Positions 19,714-29,179 of a stretch of 64,000 nucleotides of DNA are shown here, one piece after another. Source of the stretch: Spirochaetia bacterium (lineage in GTDB: Bacteria > Spirochaetota > Spirochaetia > UBA9216); NCBI GenBank assembly GCA_963675665.1, contig OY776510.1, forward strand, positions 1,312,001-1,376,000. Reading direction: 5' to 3'. The stretch's first letter is position 1; each line of letters starts with the position of its first letter. A program made the position numbers and the translations under genes. The notes beneath the pieces were generated by a model that was not told the origin of the DNA, made no database searches, and saw only the letters and a program-made list of their open reading frames with translations.

Positions 19714-20260
19714 ACAGGAATTGGTTGAGAAAATTCTTGAAATGGAACTTGAAATGTTTATGACTGTGCCTGCAATAGGAAACCCCTCATGCAGAGAGTC
19801 TCCCGATAATTTCAGAACACACCGTTCCGCCCAGTTTTCAGCCTGGTCGAAACCGGTCCTTGTTTCGTATCTTGAAGATCTCAAAGCGGCTAAAGCTTCC
19901 GGACGCAACCTTATGACGTATAAATATGCCCGGATGGATGAAATTATTCCTTCTGAGAACGACAGCCCGCTGATTGATGATATAACCGCTGCCCAAAAGG
20001 AATGGCAGCTTTTCATGATAAGGAATTATCCCGGACTTATGAAGAATGCCCGCGGGCTCACTGATAATGATGATTCGATGCTTGATGTTTCCTTTGAGCG
20101 TTATCTTCGGGCGGAACTTGAAAGTTATTCGCCGGAAACTCTTGAGCTGCTTATGAAGGATGTTTCCGATTATCTTGAAAAAGGTGTTAATATGTCTGAG
20201 CTGATCTATCTGTATCTTGTTAAGTCAATGGGATTCGATTCGCTCGAGAGCTTTAAATGA
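19703..20260 (+). CDS. DUF4125 family protein
   Basis: E.EMF..V, CR..P..F...R.AQF..WS, GRNLMT.KYARM and SFE.YLR.EL.SYS patterns; GGAGG RBS. Confidence 0.75.
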   Translation: MMDRQELVEKILEMELEMFMTVPAIGNPSCRESPDNFRTHRSAQFSAWSKPVLVSYLEDLKAAKASGRNLMTYKYARMDEIIPSENDSPLIDDITAAQKEWQLFMIRNYPGLMKNARGLTDNDDSMLDVSFERYLRAELESYSPETLELLMKDVSDYLEKGVNMSELIYLYLVKSMGFDSLESFK

Positions 20261-20267
20261 GGTGTAT

Positions 20268-21422
20268 ATGCTTAATTTTGAATTTTATTCTCCGACAAAA
20301 ATAATTTTCGGCAGGGGTGTTGTGTCCCGGCTCGGCGAAGAGGTTGCTGAATTCGGGAAAACGGCCATGCTTGTTTACGGACGCGACAGTATAAAAAAAA
20401 GCGGGCTTTATCAGCAGATTCTGGATCAGCTTGGTGAAAAAGGGATCAGGGTTGTGGAACACGGGGGTGTATCCGCGAATCCGCTTCTGGACCATGCGCT
20501 TGAAGGTATCCGCAAGGCAAGGAAAGAGGGTGTTGATTTTATTATAGGCGCAGGCGGCGGCAGTGTTATCGATGAAAGCAAGGGAATAGCTGCCGGGGTT
20601 GCCTGCGACGCGGATTTATGGGATTTGTATTCGAAGAAGGAAACGGTAGATGCCGCCCTTCCGGTAATTGCGGTGCAGACTTTGCCGGCGACTTCGTCTG
20701 AAACAAACCAGGCGGCGGTGCTGACAAATATCGAAACGAATGAAAAATTCGGGCTGCGCTCGCCTTTGATCGTTCCGGCGAAAGCCTTTCTTGATCCGGA
20801 ACTTACCTTCACTATTCCGTTGAAATATACAGCATATGCATGCTTTGATATTATTTCTCATCTGCTGGAAGGCTATTTTACAACAACCGCGGATTTCGCG
20901 CCTGTTCACGACGGTTTCGTCGAAGGACTTGCCGGCGCAGTTAAGGTTTCTCTTGAACGTGTGTTGAAAGATCCCCGGGATTATGATGCCAGGGCATCAA
21001 TAATGTGGGCCGGCTCTCTGGCCTGGAACGGTCTTGCCAATGCGGGTCTCGACGGGGCAAAGATTCCCAACCATATGTTTGAGCACCCGCTAAGCGCTGT
21101 TTATAATGCGGCCCATGGGGCGGGGCTGGCCGTTGTAATGCCTGCCTGGCTCGATTTCAAGAAGAATGAAATCGGCGACAGAATTGTTAAATTCGGCGAA
21201 AAGATTCTCGGCCTCAAGGGGGTTGTAACCCCGGATATAGTAATTTATGAGTTCAGGCTGTGGATAAAAAAAATTGGATGCCCCTTAACTTTCGGGGAGC
21301 TCGGTATAGAAAATCCTGATATTGGAGAACTTGTAAAACAGGCCCGGGTCCTTTGCGGAATGTGGAACATAGACGGCTATACAGATGAGGATTTGGAGAC
21401 AGTTTACCGACTCTGCATGTGA
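20268..21422 (+). CDS. Iron-containing alcohol dehydrogenase (BdhA/YqhD-like)
   Basis: NFEFYSPTKIIFG, GGGSVID, D..SH..E and H..EH..SA....HGAGLA motifs. Confidence 0.92.
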   Translation: MLNFEFYSPTKIIFGRGVVSRLGEEVAEFGKTAMLVYGRDSIKKSGLYQQILDQLGEKGIRVVEHGGVSANPLLDHALEGIRKARKEGVDFIIGAGGGSVIDESKGIAAGVACDADLWDLYSKKETVDAALPVIAVQTLPATSSETNQAAVLTNIETNEKFGLRSPLIVPAKAFLDPELTFTIPLKYTAYACFDIISHLLEGYFTTTADFAPVHDGFVEGLAGAVKVSLERVLKDPRDYDARASIMWAGSLAWNGLANAGLDGAKIPNHMFEHPLSAVYNAAHGAGLAVVMPAWLDFKKNEIGDRIVKFGEKILGLKGVVTPDIVIYEFRLWIKKIGCPLTFGELGIENPDIGELVKQARVLCGMWNIDGYTDEDLETVYRLCM

Positions 21423-21445
21423 GCCGGTTTCGGTTTCAGTTCAAC

Positions 21446-22843
21446 TTATACAGAGAATTCCTCACGGCTTTTTTTAATTTTCTTCCGGCTTGCTAGAATT
21501 TCATATGAATAATCCTCAAAAAGCTGGAGAAGGCACCGTTTAAGGGTGTCGTAGCCGAAATAGCGTTTGGCTATTGTAAAGTTTTTTTCCACCATTTTTT
21601 TTCGTTTCTCTTTGTTGTTGAGGACCTCGTATGCCTTATCAAGAGCGCTGTCCGGAATTATAATCGAGTTTTCCTCATTGTAATTGTCGGGCACTTCAAT
21701 CATTTTAAAATCATGGATCCGGATATCGGTTTTGTATACAAGATAGGTTGAGGTTACAATAGGGACCTTTGCCGCAACAGCTTCGAGCAGCGCGTTTCCG
21801 AACCCTTCCCAGATCGGCAGATAGGTTACCAGATCCGCGTTTGCAAGAACGTCCCTGTTGGTGTAGAGTTTTTGCCCTTCTTCGTTTGTTCCGCGCGCCG
21901 AAGCTACTCTTTTGGAGATAAAATGCAACGGCACCTCGTACTCGTCAGCAAGCGCTTTTATGTGATTGATATAGTTTTCATCCGGCTCATCGCCCTGGTA
22001 GAGTGAAATTATCAGGTGCAACCGGCGCATCAGCTCGGGATAACGCATGCCGAGCTTGCCCGCGAACCTGACGGAGTCCTCTATTCTTTTACGCTGGACA
22101 ATACGGGTGGGTTGTAATACGAGGATATCGCTGTCTTTGAACCCGAGTTCCTGTCGGAAGTCGCTGTTGTAATCGTCGAGAACAACCACTTTGTCAAAAT
22201 CCTCGCAATTCGGGATAATCCGCGGATGGATTCTTTTAATTGAGCGCAGAATATGGGCCGCGTAGCTCGAGAGCACGACATGTTCGGTCCCGGGGATTTG
22301 AGGAGGCATGGTTTTCGACAGAATTGTTTCTATGGCCGAATTAACGAATCGGCTTCTTTCCCACCAGAAGTCATGGTGATGAAAAATTGTCGCGATGCGT
22401 TTTTCACTGCAGAGTTTATATACGGCAAGCCCGCCGAGAAGCGTCATTGGCATCGCGTTTGTGTTCTGGGCGACTATGACGTCAATTGAGTTTCTCTGAA
22501 TAAAATCGAAGATACTGTCGGCAATATAGCTGCTCTTATGGTTCATGTCTTCAGCTGTGGCTTTCAGTTTTTCTTCCGAAATATAGGTCTGAAATTTATT
22601 AAGAAACGGAAAGACCATCTGTTCGTATTCATGCTGTCGGGGAGAGTCAAAACGGATGTCGTCTATCAGAAGCCGGTGGTCGTCCGGTATCGACTTAAGG
22701 TTGTTGCTGAATTTTCCTGCCACGGCAAAAATTTCATGGCCTTCCTTTTGAAGAAGATCTACCCATTTTTCGACTTCGAGGGAAACTCCGTCAACATCGC
22801 CCAGTTTTCCCGAAATAAATACTATCCTGAATTTCTCTTTCAT
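21446..22843 (-). CDS. GT4 glycosyltransferase (mannosylglucosylglycerate synthase-like)
   Basis: DGVSLEVEKW, HHHDFWWER, QPTRIVQRKRIE and EGFGNALLEA motifs. Confidence 0.75.
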   Translation of the reverse strand: MKEKFRIVFISGKLGDVDGVSLEVEKWVDLLQKEGHEIFAVAGKFSNNLKSIPDDHRLLIDDIRFDSPRQHEYEQMVFPFLNKFQTYISEEKLKATAEDMNHKSSYIADSIFDFIQRNSIDVIVAQNTNAMPMTLLGGLAVYKLCSEKRIATIFHHHDFWWERSRFVNSAIETILSKTMPPQIPGTEHVVLSSYAAHILRSIKRIHPRIIPNCEDFDKVVVLDDYNSDFRQELGFKDSDILVLQPTRIVQRKRIEDSVRFAGKLGMRYPELMRRLHLIISLYQGDEPDENYINHIKALADEYEVPLHFISKRVASARGTNEEGQKLYTNRDVLANADLVTYLPIWEGFGNALLEAVAAKVPIVTSTYLVYKTDIRIHDFKMIEVPDNYNEENSIIIPDSALDKAYEVLNNKEKRKKMVEKNFTIAKRYFGYDTLKRCLLQLFEDYSYEILASRKKIKKSREEFSV

Positions 22844-22976
22844 TACTTATCCTGCAGCAGTCGTGTTCTCACTCAAGAACCGGATATTTTTATATACTTG
22901 TTCCGGTCCGTAATAAGGTGCTCATAATCAAATATACCGTAAAAAACAAGGTAATACAAACCGTCTGAAATAAAAG

Positions 22977-23005
22977 AAAAGCAGCGGGAATATCTCCGCT
23001 GCTTT
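22977..23005 (-). terminator. Intrinsic terminator of the dehydrogenase operon (possibly bidirectional)
   Basis: AAAAGCAGCGG..CCGCTGCTTT inverted repeat. Confidence 0.7.
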
Positions 23006-23044
23006 GAAATGAATATAAATTGTGAAACCTTTAATTATCGCCGC

Positions 23045-24085
23045 TTAAAAAACGATCATGTTTTTAAGCCCTTCTCCTTTTGCCGATTTATTAATCGCTG
23101 TTTCGAGATCTTCAAGTGCCGATTTGCTTGTTATAAGGTCTTTTACGGACACAAGATCCTGCTCGATCAGCGAAAGGCATGTTCTGAACTGCCTGAGACT
23201 CTGCCGGGTCATGCCTGTAATCGTCAGCTGCTTATAGTGGATTTCATTCGTATCAAGGGCGACTTCCGATTTGCCTGCAGGCAGTCCTCCGAAAAAACAT
23301 ATTCTGCCGAAAATGCCGGCAATTCTGAGCGCGGTCTGCTGGGCCTGGGGCGCGGGACATGCGGTTATGATAACGTCGGCGCCTTTTCCCGCCGTTTCGT
23401 TCATCAGGTTTGCTTCAAAGTTATTGCCGTCCATTGTTAAAAATGACGGGTCAATCTGTTTGCATTCGGCAAGGCGGTCTGTGTTCAGATCATTTATAAT
23501 GATTTTCCCCGCGCCTGCCATTTTTGCAAGCTTGGCGTGCATCAGGCCTATCGGGCCCGCTCCGATTATTACAACGCAGTCTCCGGGGTTGACCCCGTAA
23601 AGTTCAAATGCATTGTAAACGCATGAAAACGGTTCGGCCAGCGCAGCTTCTTCGAATGAAGTATTGTCGCCGATGACGCATATATTGCCCTGCCTGACGG
23701 CGGCGGCCGGAATAACCATGTACTCCGCGAAGGCCCCCGGAATCGTCACGCCCAGGGCCTCGCTTGAGCGGCACATATGGGTATTGCCCGAGACGCACAG
23801 ATCGCAGACGCCGCATCCCAGGTTGGGCGCTACAGCGACTCTGTCTCCAGGTTTGTAAGCCGTGATATTGGCTCCGACTTCGGCTATTTCTCCGGAAATT
23901 TCATGGCCGAGGGTGAGAGGGGTCGATTCCGATGCGTTTTTGTGACCGTTTTTCAGCATTCTGACGTCGGTTCCGCAGATAGCTGAAGCTTTGATCTTGA
24001 GCAAGACTTCATCGGCGTTTATTTCGGGTTTTGAAATTTCAACAACCCTTAAATCTTCTTTTCCGTATAATTGTGCTGCTTTCAT
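23045..24085 (-). CDS. Zn-dependent polyol dehydrogenase (sorbitol/iditol dehydrogenase-like)
   Basis: CGTD, GHE, CGVCDLC...C structural zinc site and GAGPIG. Confidence 0.9.
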   Translation of the reverse strand: MKAAQLYGKEDLRVVEISKPEINADEVLLKIKASAICGTDVRMLKNGHKNASESTPLTLGHEISGEIAEVGANITAYKPGDRVAVAPNLGCGVCDLCVSGNTHMCRSSEALGVTIPGAFAEYMVIPAAAVRQGNICVIGDNTSFEEAALAEPFSCVYNAFELYGVNPGDCVVIIGAGPIGLMHAKLAKMAGAGKIIINDLNTDRLAECKQIDPSFLTMDGNNFEANLMNETAGKGADVIITACPAPQAQQTALRIAGIFGRICFFGGLPAGKSEVALDTNEIHYKQLTITGMTRQSLRQFRTCLSLIEQDLVSVKDLITSKSALEDLETAINKSAKGEGLKNMIVF

Positions 24086-24103
24086 TTGTTTTCCTTCCGG
24101 CCG

Positions 24104-25120
24104 TTATAGCGTTACCGGCCGTTTTTCAATTATTGATGTATTTCCTGCGTTTACAACCTTGACCGCTTCAAGTCCGTCCGTGCCGGTAACCTCGGGAGTT
24201 TTATCTTCAAGGATACTTTCTATGAATTTCTGGTCTTCGAGTTTATATGCATCGAGAAAGAGGTTCTGCCAGCTTTTAACGAAAGGAGTGTTGATTCCGT
24301 TGGGGCTGCATGTCATAACCGAATAGTTATTGGTTTTTCCTACAAATATTATCCCGTGTGTGCCGACAATCTCAACCCTGGAATCGTAACCGTACTGAAC
24401 TCCCTGTGCGCCGTCTACCAGTCCCTGGACATCATTTTTGAATCTTGCCGTAAGCAGAACGTTGTCGTAAAAATCGGGATATTCCTCTTTCGCGTCCGGG
24501 CAGCGGTAGTTGCCGGCAATTGCATACAGCTCTTTAATGTAGCTTCCTGCATACCAGTGCAGCGCATCGATATCATGACTGCTTACTTCGGCAAGTGGAC
24601 CGTTGCTTTTCTTTATGTCGTACATCCAGGGCCGGGGTGTGGACGGTCCGTGAGTGACGGATTTTACACATACAACATCGCCGATTTCCCCGCTGTCTAT
24701 TCTTTCTTTTGCGTGGCGAAACGACTCGTCGAATCTTCTCATGAACCCTATCTGAAGCTTGACCTTCGCGTCGTTGCAGGCCTTGATCATGTTTTTACAT
24801 TCCTGTTCGTTCATTGCCATCGGTTTTTCGCAGAGAACATGTTTTCCTGCTTCTGCAGCGGCAATAACTATTTTTTCATGGAAAACGGTAGGAGTAACAA
24901 CAACAACCGCATCTATTGATTCATCTTCAAGAACATCTTTGTAGTCGAGATAATATTTTTCAATTCCCAGTTCTTTTACTGCTGCTTTTGCGGCGTCTTC
25001 GACAGGGTCGGCCATAGCTGCTATTTCGGCATGCTGAACAGATTTGGCAAAGTTTCTGGCGTGAATCATTCCGGCGCGGCCCGAGCCTATTACGCATACC
25101 TGGATTTTTCCGTTTTTCAT
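24104..25120 (-). CDS. Gfo/Idh/MocA oxidoreductase (inositol 2-dehydrogenase-like)
   Basis: GSGRAG, CEKP, GFMRRFD, HDID and YGYD.RVE motifs. Confidence 0.88.
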   Translation of the reverse strand: MKNGKIQVCVIGSGRAGMIHARNFAKSVQHAEIAAMADPVEDAAKAAVKELGIEKYYLDYKDVLEDESIDAVVVVTPTVFHEKIVIAAAEAGKHVLCEKPMAMNEQECKNMIKACNDAKVKLQIGFMRRFDESFRHAKERIDSGEIGDVVCVKSVTHGPSTPRPWMYDIKKSNGPLAEVSSHDIDALHWYAGSYIKELYAIAGNYRCPDAKEEYPDFYDNVLLTARFKNDVQGLVDGAQGVQYGYDSRVEIVGTHGIIFVGKTNNYSVMTCSPNGINTPFVKSWQNLFLDAYKLEDQKFIESILEDKTPEVTGTDGLEAVKVVNAGNTSIIEKRPVTL

Positions 25121-25193
25121 AATAATCTCCTGGATTATGGTTTTCTTTGTTGTTCATTTTTATTTTACTATAAAATTAAAAAAAATCAATACC

Positions 25194-25250
25194 AAATAAC
25201 AGTAAATGATAATAAATAGGAGATAAATAACAATAAATAATACTAAATGC
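25194..25250. promoter_or_regulatory. Putative DeoR-family operator: tandem AAATRA(C/T)-like repeats at about 10-bp spacing in a divergent promoter
   Basis: AAATAAC-agt-AAATGAT-aat-AAATAGG ... AAATAAC-aat-AAATAAT-act-AAATGC. Confidence 0.4.
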
Positions 25251-25295
25251 AATAAACTTCTTTTATAATACTTGTGATTATGATAATATTTTTGC

Positions 25296-26063
25296 ATGTT
25301 TGCTGAAGAACGAAAACAGAAAATTCTGGAATATGTCCGCGAGCACAAAAAGGCTACTGTTCAGCAGCTGTGCGATACATATGATGTGTCCAGTGCGACT
25401 ATACGAAATGATTTGCGTGAACTTGAAGGTTCCGGTTTGCTGCTTCGCACCCACGGCGGAGCAATACTCAAGAGCAAGGCCAAATTTGAACTCGGAACCA
25501 ACGAGAAAAAAGTGCTTTATAAGGCGGAGAAAGCCGATGTTGCAGAAAAGGCGCTTGAATTTATAGAAGACGGCGATACGATTATTCTTGATACGGGAAC
25601 GACGACCCTTGAACTTGCACGAAAGCTCGGAAGACGGAAAAACCTTACTGTTGTGACGAATGATCTCGACACGGCGCTCATTCTTGATGAAATAGGGATT
25701 GAACGCATTGTAGTACTCGGCGGAATACTTCGAACCGGATTTCACTGCACGATAGGAGGCCCCGGAAGGGAGTTTCTTGACGAACTGCAGGCTGACAAGG
25801 CTTTTATGGGCGTCAACGGGTTTACCTTTGAAAAAGGCGCCTCCACGCCCGATATGCAGCATGCGGAAATCAAGGAAGCAATGGTGGCTTCTGCCGACAA
25901 AGTTTTTCTGATGTTTGATCGTTCCAAACTCGGCCGGAAGGCATTTGCACGATTTGCTGAACCGGAAGAAATTGACGGTGTAATTATTGACGAACTTACG
26001 AAGGAAGAGTTATCGCTGTTTGATGCAGCCGGAATAGATGTTTTTCCAGTAAAAATCAAATAA
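25296..26063 (+). CDS. DeoR/GlpR family transcriptional regulator
   Basis: ERKQKIL..VS.ATIRNDL..LE...RTHGGA and LDTGTTT motifs. Confidence 0.95.
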   Translation: MFAEERKQKILEYVREHKKATVQQLCDTYDVSSATIRNDLRELEGSGLLLRTHGGAILKSKAKFELGTNEKKVLYKAEKADVAEKALEFIEDGDTIILDTGTTTLELARKLGRRKNLTVVTNDLDTALILDEIGIERIVVLGGILRTGFHCTIGGPGREFLDELQADKAFMGVNGFTFEKGASTPDMQHAEIKEAMVASADKVFLMFDRSKLGRKAFARFAEPEEIDGVIIDELTKEELSLFDAAGIDVFPVKIK

Positions 26064-26074
26064 AAACATAATAT

Positions 26075-26116
26075 ATGTAAAGACATATTGACAAAATGAC
26101 ATAAAAACATTACCTT
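26075..26116 (+). promoter_or_regulatory. Sigma70-type promoter with adjacent TGT-N4-ACA operator
   Basis: TGTAAAGACA, then TTGACA (26088)-N17-TACCTT; a close copy of the motif lies at 32802. Confidence 0.55.
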
Positions 26117-26166
26117 TACCATGTATGGTGGAATAATACAAGGCTGACACGACAAAGGAGTGTTTT

Positions 26167-27153
26167 ATGGCTAATAATTATAGTAAAGCAGAAAAAGAAA
26201 CAATGTATTTTATCGGTGTTACTACCGGTAAATCCTCGATTATGAAGGTTTTTCCCGAATGGGCAAAATACCTCGGTATCGATGCCGAAATCAGGGGATT
26301 TGATTTTAAATGGCACGACGATCCTGAAAAATACCTGGAAGCAGTCAGGTTTATAAAAAATGATCCTCTTTCCATGGGGGCTCTTGTAACAACACACAAA
26401 CTGGATCTTCTTGCAGCCTGTCGAAACGAATTCGACGGTCTTGGACCGTATGCAAAAGAACTGCATGAGATCAGTTCAATTTCCAAACGGGGTAAAGAGC
26501 TGTGGGGGCATGCGAAAGACCCGATTACCGTGGGGCTATCATTTGAAGCAATTGCAGAAGACGGATACTGGAACGAGAGCGGTGCGGAAATGCTTATCCT
26601 GGGCGCCGGCGGGTCAAGTCTTGCCCTTGTGACCTATTTAATAGGAAGAGCCAAAGACGGACGTGATATACCTTCAAGAATTATTATAAACAACAGAAGT
26701 GAAAAAAGATTAAATGAACTTCATAAACATGCAGACAAGATGATAGCTGAAGCGGGACTTGAAAGCCTTAAGCTGGAATATAACCTGTGTCCGGATGCAT
26801 CCGGCAATGACGCGGCCGTATCCGGTCTTAAGCCCGGTTCGCTGGTGGTTAATGCCACAGGACTCGGCAAAGACGGTCCCGGTTCACCTATAACAAATAA
26901 TGCTGAATTTCCCCGGAACGGACTCGTCTGGGAATTCAACTATCGTGGTGATCTTGTATTTCTGGAGCAGGCGAAAGCGCAGAAAGTAAAGCGCGATTTG
27001 TCAATAACGGACGGGTGGCTCTATTTTATTCACGGCTGGACCAGGGTAATTGCCGAGGTTTTTCATAAGGAAATACCGACGGAAGGCCCGGTCTTTGATA
27101 AGCTTTGCGAAATTGCATCCGGGACGGAATCACCTGTGCAGAAAGCAGGCTGA
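26167..27153 (+). CDS. Shikimate dehydrogenase-like oxidoreductase
   Basis: GALVTTHK, GAGGS, NRS, VNATGLG and GW.YFIHGW motifs. Confidence 0.75.
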   Translation: MANNYSKAEKETMYFIGVTTGKSSIMKVFPEWAKYLGIDAEIRGFDFKWHDDPEKYLEAVRFIKNDPLSMGALVTTHKLDLLAACRNEFDGLGPYAKELHEISSISKRGKELWGHAKDPITVGLSFEAIAEDGYWNESGAEMLILGAGGSSLALVTYLIGRAKDGRDIPSRIIINNRSEKRLNELHKHADKMIAEAGLESLKLEYNLCPDASGNDAAVSGLKPGSLVVNATGLGKDGPGSPITNNAEFPRNGLVWEFNYRGDLVFLEQAKAQKVKRDLSITDGWLYFIHGWTRVIAEVFHKEIPTEGPVFDKLCEIASGTESPVQKAG

Positions 27154-27240
27154 CAGATTTAATTTGTTTTTAAATGAAAAAGTAAAGCGGAATCTTTTTC
27201 ATTTTATGTTTTCTCAATGTAATTGAGAAAGCTCTCCTTT

Positions 27241-27282
27241 GCCGGGTTGTTGAATTCATGGATTCAATAACCCGGCTTTTTT
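27241..27282. terminator. Intrinsic terminator between convergent genes
   Basis: GCCGGGTTGTTGAAT/ATTCAATAACCCGGC stem followed by T6. Confidence 0.75.
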
Positions 27283-27313
27283 ATCCGCGAATTAAATGAA
27301 ATAAAGTGGTTTG

Positions 27314-28141
27314 TTATTCCAGCAGTCGCCCGATAGCTTCAGCAACACCGCTCTCGTGGTTTGTCTGCCCGGTTGTGAATGATGCCGCTTTTTTGATTTC
27401 AGGCACTGCGTTAGCCATGGCAATACCGGTTCCGGCGAAGTTTATCATGTCCAGATCGTTTAACTGATCTCCGATTGCCGCGGTTTCTTCCACCTTTATT
27501 CCCAGCTTTGTAATAAGATCATTCAGGGCTCTTGCCTTCGAAACGCCTTTTTGCATTGTATCTATCAGGTTCCTGTCCGACTGTGACGGTACCAGTCCGG
27601 TTTGTTTTATTACATCATCGCTGACTGCCTTGAGTTCATCCGGATTATCCGAAAGAATCAGTACTTTATACAGTTCTTCAGATGTGGTCATGATGAAATT
27701 TCTGTAATCCTTGGACATGTAAAGTTTAATCTGTTCACGCTCAGGCAGAAGCAGGTTTCTTTCGTTGTAGTAGCCCATTTTTCCGGTCATGCTTTCACCG
27801 AATATGGTGTTGTGGCAGTAGATATGGTAATCAGCTTCGTGATCATGACAGATGTCTGCGATTTTCAGGATCTTCTCCTTTTCAACAGGAGTTGAAGAAA
27901 ATATTTTATCATGAAAGGGTTCGCGGACCATTGCTCCGTTGCATGAAATTACGGGCATCTCGATGCCCAGAATATCAAGATATGCTTTTATCATTGAATC
28001 ATGTCTGCCTGTTGCAATTACAAAATATATTCCGGCGTCTTGCAGCCTTTTAACTGCTTTAATATTTTCTTTGGAAATTTCTTTATCATCATTAAGCAAA
28101 GTTCCGTCCATATCGCACGCAACAAGTTTTATATCAGTCAT
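27314..28141 (-). CDS. Cof-type HAD-IIB hydrolase
   Basis: DMDGTLL, ATGR, GVSKA, GDQLNDLDM and AMANA motifs. Confidence 0.92.
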   Translation of the reverse strand: MTDIKLVACDMDGTLLNDDKEISKENIKAVKRLQDAGIYFVIATGRHDSMIKAYLDILGIEMPVISCNGAMVREPFHDKIFSSTPVEKEKILKIADICHDHEADYHIYCHNTIFGESMTGKMGYYNERNLLLPEREQIKLYMSKDYRNFIMTTSEELYKVLILSDNPDELKAVSDDVIKQTGLVPSQSDRNLIDTMQKGVSKARALNDLITKLGIKVEETAAIGDQLNDLDMINFAGTGIAMANAVPEIKKAASFTTGQTNHESGVAEAIGRLLE

Positions 28142-28355
28142 ATCGTTCTCCAGTTTTTTATATTATACATTTTATAGGTAATTTGAATCTACACAGAAGA
28201 ACAAATCATTTTTGGCAATATTGTCATGCTTTTTAGCGCATACTGCCCTTGGCTGTATTGATGGCGGCGTGAGAAAGGTTTGCATAAAGAAACGGCGGGA
28301 TATATTACCCATAATCAATTTTATTCATCATGGTTTTATAAAAAGTGGAAAAGGT

Positions 28356-28613
28356 ATGCTACGAATAATATTATTAATTTTAATGTTGGTTCTCTTATTT
28401 GTTGTTCCGTTATCCGCGGTAGAACAGCCCACACTTACAGTTTTTGATTTCACTGTAAACAGCATCACTGAACAGGATATGAATTCCATAGTAAGTTTTC
28501 TTTCAGCTTCGCTTTTTGATACCGGGCTGTGCCGTATAATTGATATCGCGCAGCGTGAAACAATACTTAATGAACTGAAGTTCTCCAATACAGGTTGTAC
28601 AGGAGAATCCTGA
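28356..28613 (+). pseudogene. Truncated paralog of the CsgG-like gene at 1359
   Basis: Signal peptide plus TVFDF..IDIAQRETILNELKFSNTGCTGES*. Aligns with 1359-2330 up to ...SGCSDES and then stops. Confidence 0.7.
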
Positions 28614-29122
28614 ATGCGGACGGGCGGGGTATGATTGCAGATGTTTCATACAGTTTCGGTACCCGCGACCGAAGCTGGGAAACCCCGGTTGTTATCGACT
28701 TGCTCAGCGGATCTGTTGAAGAGCCGCAGATAGCGTTCAACTCATCTGGCAGAGCCGCAGCCGTATGGTTACAGGACGACGGCAGCTATGACGGTGTATA
28801 TTCCAGCATGTATACTGTTGAAAACGGCTGGTCAGATGTTGAAGTAGTCGATATGCTTGATTATGATGCACTATACCCACAGATAGCAGTCGATTCATCC
28901 GATAATGCAACGGCAGTCTGGTACATATATAACGGCACAGCGGAAAACCACTACAAAGTCTATGCTAACCGCTATACTGCCGGCGGCAGTTGGGGAGACG
29001 CTGTGCTTCTTGACTCGGATATTTCTGATTATCCTGAACCCGAGGTAGCGGCGGATCCGTGGGGCAATATGACAGCCGTATGGGCTAATGGTAATGATAT
29101 CTGCGCAGCTAACTACAGATAA
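28610..29122 (+). pseudogene. C-terminal fragment of a secreted beta-propeller-repeat protein
   Basis: Three repeats of P(Q/E)(I/V)A....G/D...AVW; no credible start or signal peptide; abuts the truncated gene in another frame. Confidence 0.55.
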
Positions 29123-29125
29123 AAT

Positions 29126-29149
29126 AGTCCGGCATTTACGCCGGGCTTT
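29126..29149. terminator. Hairpin between convergent genes
   Basis: AGTCCGGC/GCCGGGCT stem followed by T residues. Confidence 0.5.
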
Positions 29150-29179
29150 GCAGGATTAAGTTTATACTGATAAGCCGGA

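Noticed and set aside
28611-28613. Selenocysteine/readthrough TGA, since it aligns with a Cys codon in the paralog
   Set aside because: The frame after the TGA (MRTGGV*) has no similarity to the paralog and stops again; better explained as a deletion junction.
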